Under the pieces are notes generated by a model that saw only the letters and a program-made list of their open reading frames with translations, was not told where the DNA came from and searched no databases. 64,000 bases of DNA from an uncultured Rickettsiales bacterium (GTDB lineage: Bacteria; Myxococcota_A; UBA796; UBA9615): positions 6,771 to 70,770 of the forward strand of contig CAZEKB010000023.1 of NCBI GenBank assembly GCA_964512225.1, given 5' to 3'. The position numbers and the translations under genes are program-made. This document shows positions 61,526 to 64,000 of the stretch, in pieces (the first letter of the stretch is position 1; every line of letters starts with the position of its first letter).

Positions 61526-62578
61526 TCAGGCGGCCAGGCGCGCCTGCTCGCGAACGATCTGCCGATCCATGACCGAGTGGAACACGGGGGGCAGCAGCGC
61601 CAGCAGGATCATGCCCGGATACCCCGTCGGCAGCTGGGGGCCGCCTTCGTGGTGTCGCAGCTGGGCGAAGTGACGACGCGCGTTGGCGTGGTGATCGGCG
61701 TGCCGGGTGAGCTCGAACAGCAGCGCGCGTCCGATGGTGTGGTTGCTGTTCCAGCTGTGGGCGGGGAGGACCCGACCGAGGCGGCCGTCGGCGCGGCGAT
61801 CGCGGCGCAGACCGTAGTGCTCGACGTAGTTGATGGTCTCCAGCAGCAGGAACCCGACGATCGCCGAGCCCACGAACGCGAGCGCGGGGACGAGGCCGAA
61901 CACGACACCCACGCCGGCGACCATCGCGACCTGGATCAGCTGGAAGCGGAGCATCTCGTTGCGCAGCGACAGCGTGGGGTTCGCGACCTTGCGACCGAGC
62001 CGCTGGGCCTCGAGCTCCCAGGCGTGCAGCCAACCCCCGATCGAGCTGCGGAGCCAGAAGCGGTACACGGACTCCCCGCGGCGCGAGGTGGCGGGGTCGT
62101 CCTCCGTGGCCACGCGGGCGTGGTGGCCGCGGTTGTGCTCGATGATGAAGTGCATGTAGAGGCTGGTCGCGAGCAGCACCTTCGCCGCGGCCTGGTCGAG
62201 CTTGTTCGCGCGGTGGCCGAGCTCGTGGCCGAGGTTGATGCCGAACGCGCCGCAGCAGATCCCCACGGTGAAGATCGCGCCCGCGATCTCCCACCCCGTG
62301 AGCGCGCCCGCCGCGATCTGCGCGGGCAGGTAGGCGACGAGGCCGATCTGCAGGGGGATGAGCCCGTAGACGAGGGCGTCCAGCCCGCGCCTGCGCAGGG
62401 GGGTCGGATCGGCCTCGGCGCGGGTGTTGTCCGTCGTGCCGGTGAAGACCAGCTCGGCGAGGGGGATCAGGCCGAACGCCACGGCGGGCAGCGCGAGCAG
62501 CCAGGCGCCTCCGAGGTGGAGGGCGACGAAGGCGATCGCGGGGAAGGCGTAGACGAAGAGGTAGGTGGCGGGGTGCAT
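61526..62578 (-). CDS. Membrane fatty-acid desaturase/alkane 1-monooxygenase (AlkB)-like di-iron enzyme
   Basis: His boxes HELGHR, EHNRGHH and NYVEHYGL…HADHH, with about 6 TM segments. Confidence 0.8.
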   Translation of the reverse strand: MHPATYLFVYAFPAIAFVALHLGGAWLLALPAVAFGLIPLAELVFTGTTDNTRAEADPTPLRRRGLDALVYGLIPLQIGLVAYLPAQIAAGALTGWEIAGAIFTVGICCGAFGINLGHELGHRANKLDQAAAKVLLATSLYMHFIIEHNRGHHARVATEDDPATSRRGESVYRFWLRSSIGGWLHAWELEAQRLGRKVANPTLSLRNEMLRFQLIQVAMVAGVGVVFGLVPALAFVGSAIVGFLLLETINYVEHYGLRRDRRADGRLGRVLPAHSWNSNHTIGRALLFELTRHADHHANARRHFAQLRHHEGGPQLPTGYPGMILLALLPPVFHSVMDRQIVREQARLAA

Positions 62579-62690
62579 CGGGGCTGCTTTCGGTCGAATC
62601 GTGCCTGGGATTTATTTCGAACGCTCGTTATAAAAACAGAGAGATCCGGGAGGGTCAACAGATTTCTCGACGCTGCCCTAGGCTCCCGAC

Positions 62691-63608
62691 ATGACACGAC
62701 CTGCGCGCGTTCTGATCACCGGGGGGACCGGGCTCGTCGGCCGACGCCTGGCCGCGGCCCTGATCGAGGACGGCTCGGAGGTCGTGGTGCTGTCCCGCGA
62801 CGCGGCGGCCGCCCGGGAGCGGGTGCCGGGGGCCGAGGCCTTCGACTGGGCGCCCGAGGAGGGCCCGCCGCCGACCGAGGCGTTCGCGGGCGTGGACGCG
62901 GTCGTGAACCTCGCGGGGGAGCCCGTCGACGGCCGCTGGACCGCCGTCAAGAAGGGACGGATCCGCGAGAGCCGGGTGGCGGGGACGGCCAACCTGGTCA
63001 CCGCGCTCGCGCGCCTGCCCGACGACGCGCGCCCGGGCGTCCTCGTCTCGGCCTCGGCGATCGGCTACTACGGGGAGACCGGGGACGACGAGAAGACGGA
63101 GACGTCACCGTCCGCGGACGAGTTCCTGGGCGAGGTGTGCGCGTCCTGGGAGGCGGCCGCCGAAGCCGCCGAGGGCCTCGGCCTGCGGGTCGTGCGGCTG
63201 CGCATCGGGCTGGTGCTCGACCCGTCGGGGGGCGCCCTGGCCAAGATGCTGCCCCTGTGGAAGCTCGGCCTCGGCGGACCGATGGGCGGGGGGCGTCAGT
63301 GGGTCGCGTGGATCCACCGCGCGGATCTCGTGCGCCTGATCCGGTTCGCGATCGGGAGCGACGTGTCGGGGCCCCTCAACGCCACCTCTCCGCACCCGGT
63401 GCGCCAGGCGGAGCTGGCGGCGGCGCTCGGGAGGGCCCTGGGTCGGCCCGCGTTCATGCCCGCGCCCGCCTTCGCGCTGAAGGTGGCCCTCGGCGAGTTC
63501 TCGGTGGAGGTCCTGGGCAGCCGACGCGTCGTCCCGGATCGCACGCTGGCCGTCGGCTTCGAGTTCGCCTTCCCCACCCTCGAGGCCGCGCTCGAGGACC
63601 TTCTCTGA
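62691..63608 (+). CDS. TIGR01777 (YfcH-like) NAD-dependent epimerase/dehydratase family protein
   Basis: VLITGGTGLVGRRL… Rossmann fold plus the C-terminal DUF1731-like region. Confidence 0.85.
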   Translation: MTRPARVLITGGTGLVGRRLAAALIEDGSEVVVLSRDAAAARERVPGAEAFDWAPEEGPPPTEAFAGVDAVVNLAGEPVDGRWTAVKKGRIRESRVAGTANLVTALARLPDDARPGVLVSASAIGYYGETGDDEKTETSPSADEFLGEVCASWEAAAEAAEGLGLRVVRLRIGLVLDPSGGALAKMLPLWKLGLGGPMGGGRQWVAWIHRADLVRLIRFAIGSDVSGPLNATSPHPVRQAELAAALGRALGRPAFMPAPAFALKVALGEFSVEVLGSRRVVPDRTLAVGFEFAFPTLEAALEDLL

Positions 63609-63642
63609 ATAACCGCGCGGCGACCCTCGTCACTCCTTGCAA

Positions 63643-63659
63643 CGGCCCTCTCGGGCCCG
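63643..63659 (+). promoter_or_regulatory. GC hairpin (CGGCCC-tctc-GGGCCG) in the 5' leader, followed by a GGAGG SD
   Basis: Perfect 6-bp inverted repeat 14 nt upstream of the ATG at 63673. No U-tract follows, so it is not a canonical terminator. Confidence 0.3.
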
Positions 63660-63672
63660 TGGAGGTGAGACG

Positions 63673-64000
63673 ATGCTACGCACCCTGTTGATCTCGGCGC
63701 CCGCGACGCTGCTGCTGCTGCTGCTGACGGCGGCCGGTCCGGCCCTGGCGCAACCGACCGGCGCGCCCACCTCGGGGGACGCCTCCCCCGCGGACGACCT
63801 CGACGAGCTCGAGGAGCAGGCGAAGCAGGATCACTCCCGCAAGGCCCGGGACCGTCGCTCCCGCAAGCGTCGAGCCCATCGCCACCGCCACCGCCACCGC
63901 CACGGCTGCGGCCACGTCGTGCTCCGCCATCGAACGGCGCGGCCCCGCATCGTCGTCGAGGAGGAGCCGGTGGTCGTCGCCCACGGCAACAAGCGACCCC
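63673..64000 (+). CDS. Secreted protein with HRHRHRHRH His/Arg repeat (5' partial; runs off the window)
   Basis: GGAGG SD 7 nt upstream of the ATG. Signal peptide MLRTLLISAPATLLLLLLTAAGPALAQP. Confidence 0.5.
   Translation, partial: MLRTLLISAPATLLLLLLTAAGPALAQPTGAPTSGDASPADDLDELEEQAKQDHSRKARDRRSRKRRAHRHRHRHRHGCGHVVLRHRTARPRIVVEEEPVVVAHGNKRP

Overview
This 64-kb window is about 70% GC and is densely coded on both strands. It contains many predicted lipoproteins, Ser/Thr kinases with PEGA or receiver-like domains, RCC1 repeats and Myxococcus-type cysteine-rich repeats, which points to a Myxococcota-like (myxobacterial) chromosome; that assignment is an inference. I found no rRNA or tRNA genes, no transposase or integrase, and no CRISPR array.

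What is here, in order: (1) 91..11958, a surface-glycan-like locus. The minus strand carries a tightly coupled run: methyltransferase, polytopic membrane protein, PHP-domain lipoprotein, outer-membrane β-barrel, and a 1079-aa repeat lipoprotein. The diverging plus strand carries GT2 (polyprenol-P sugar transferase-like), rfbF and rfbG (the CDP-6-deoxyhexose pathway). (2) rnhB, a HExxH metalloprotease lipoprotein, and a 1432-aa membrane protein with an internal second signal peptide. (3) 19594..27632, a plus-strand run of five consecutive lipoproteins, including a VWA plus Cys-rich-repeat protein, behind a σ70-like promoter. (4) A guanine-deaminase-like amidohydrolase, a hybrid histidine kinase, and a Rieske oxygenase + γ-carbonic-anhydrase + lipoprotein operon. 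(5) A 1.5-kaa GT-C-like membrane protein. (6) 39324..47638, a plus-strand operon: B12-radical SAM, Ser/Thr kinase with receiver-like domain, RCC1 lipoprotein, membrane β-propeller protein, lipoprotein, Hsp33. (7) macro domain, clpA, Cys-rich lipoprotein, clpS. (8) DUF482/GNAT, a TPR protein, and a Ser/Thr kinase with a PEGA domain. (9) An ECF σ / zinc-finger anti-σ pair. (10) An ArsS-like radical SAM/Cys-rich protein preceded by a lipoprotein-redoxin gene interrupted by an in-frame TGA. (11) alkB-like + TetR, an epimerase, and a partial secreted His/Arg-repeat protein.

The most notable observation is at 59395..59397. The in-frame TGA falls exactly where the first Cys of a thioredoxin-fold CxxC motif should be, giving U-P-V-C. 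That makes a selenocysteine-containing periplasmic lipoprotein-redoxin the most parsimonious reading, and its coupled downstream gene belongs to the ArsS-like radical SAM (seleno)protein family.

Other points worth a second look: a Ser/Thr kinase whose glycine-rich loop lies upstream of any canonical start codon (an ATC preceded by a GGAGG is the likely start); a 51-bp × 2.9 intergenic tandem repeat; a Pro-rich 19-aa sORF with a strong SD; a Cys-rich lipoprotein inserted between clpS and clpA; and pervasive 4-nt start/stop overlaps that define the operons.

Most of the long ORFs on the opposite strand are Arg/Gly/Pro-rich GC-frame artefacts and I rejected them. My manual coordinates may be off by 1-2 nt in places.
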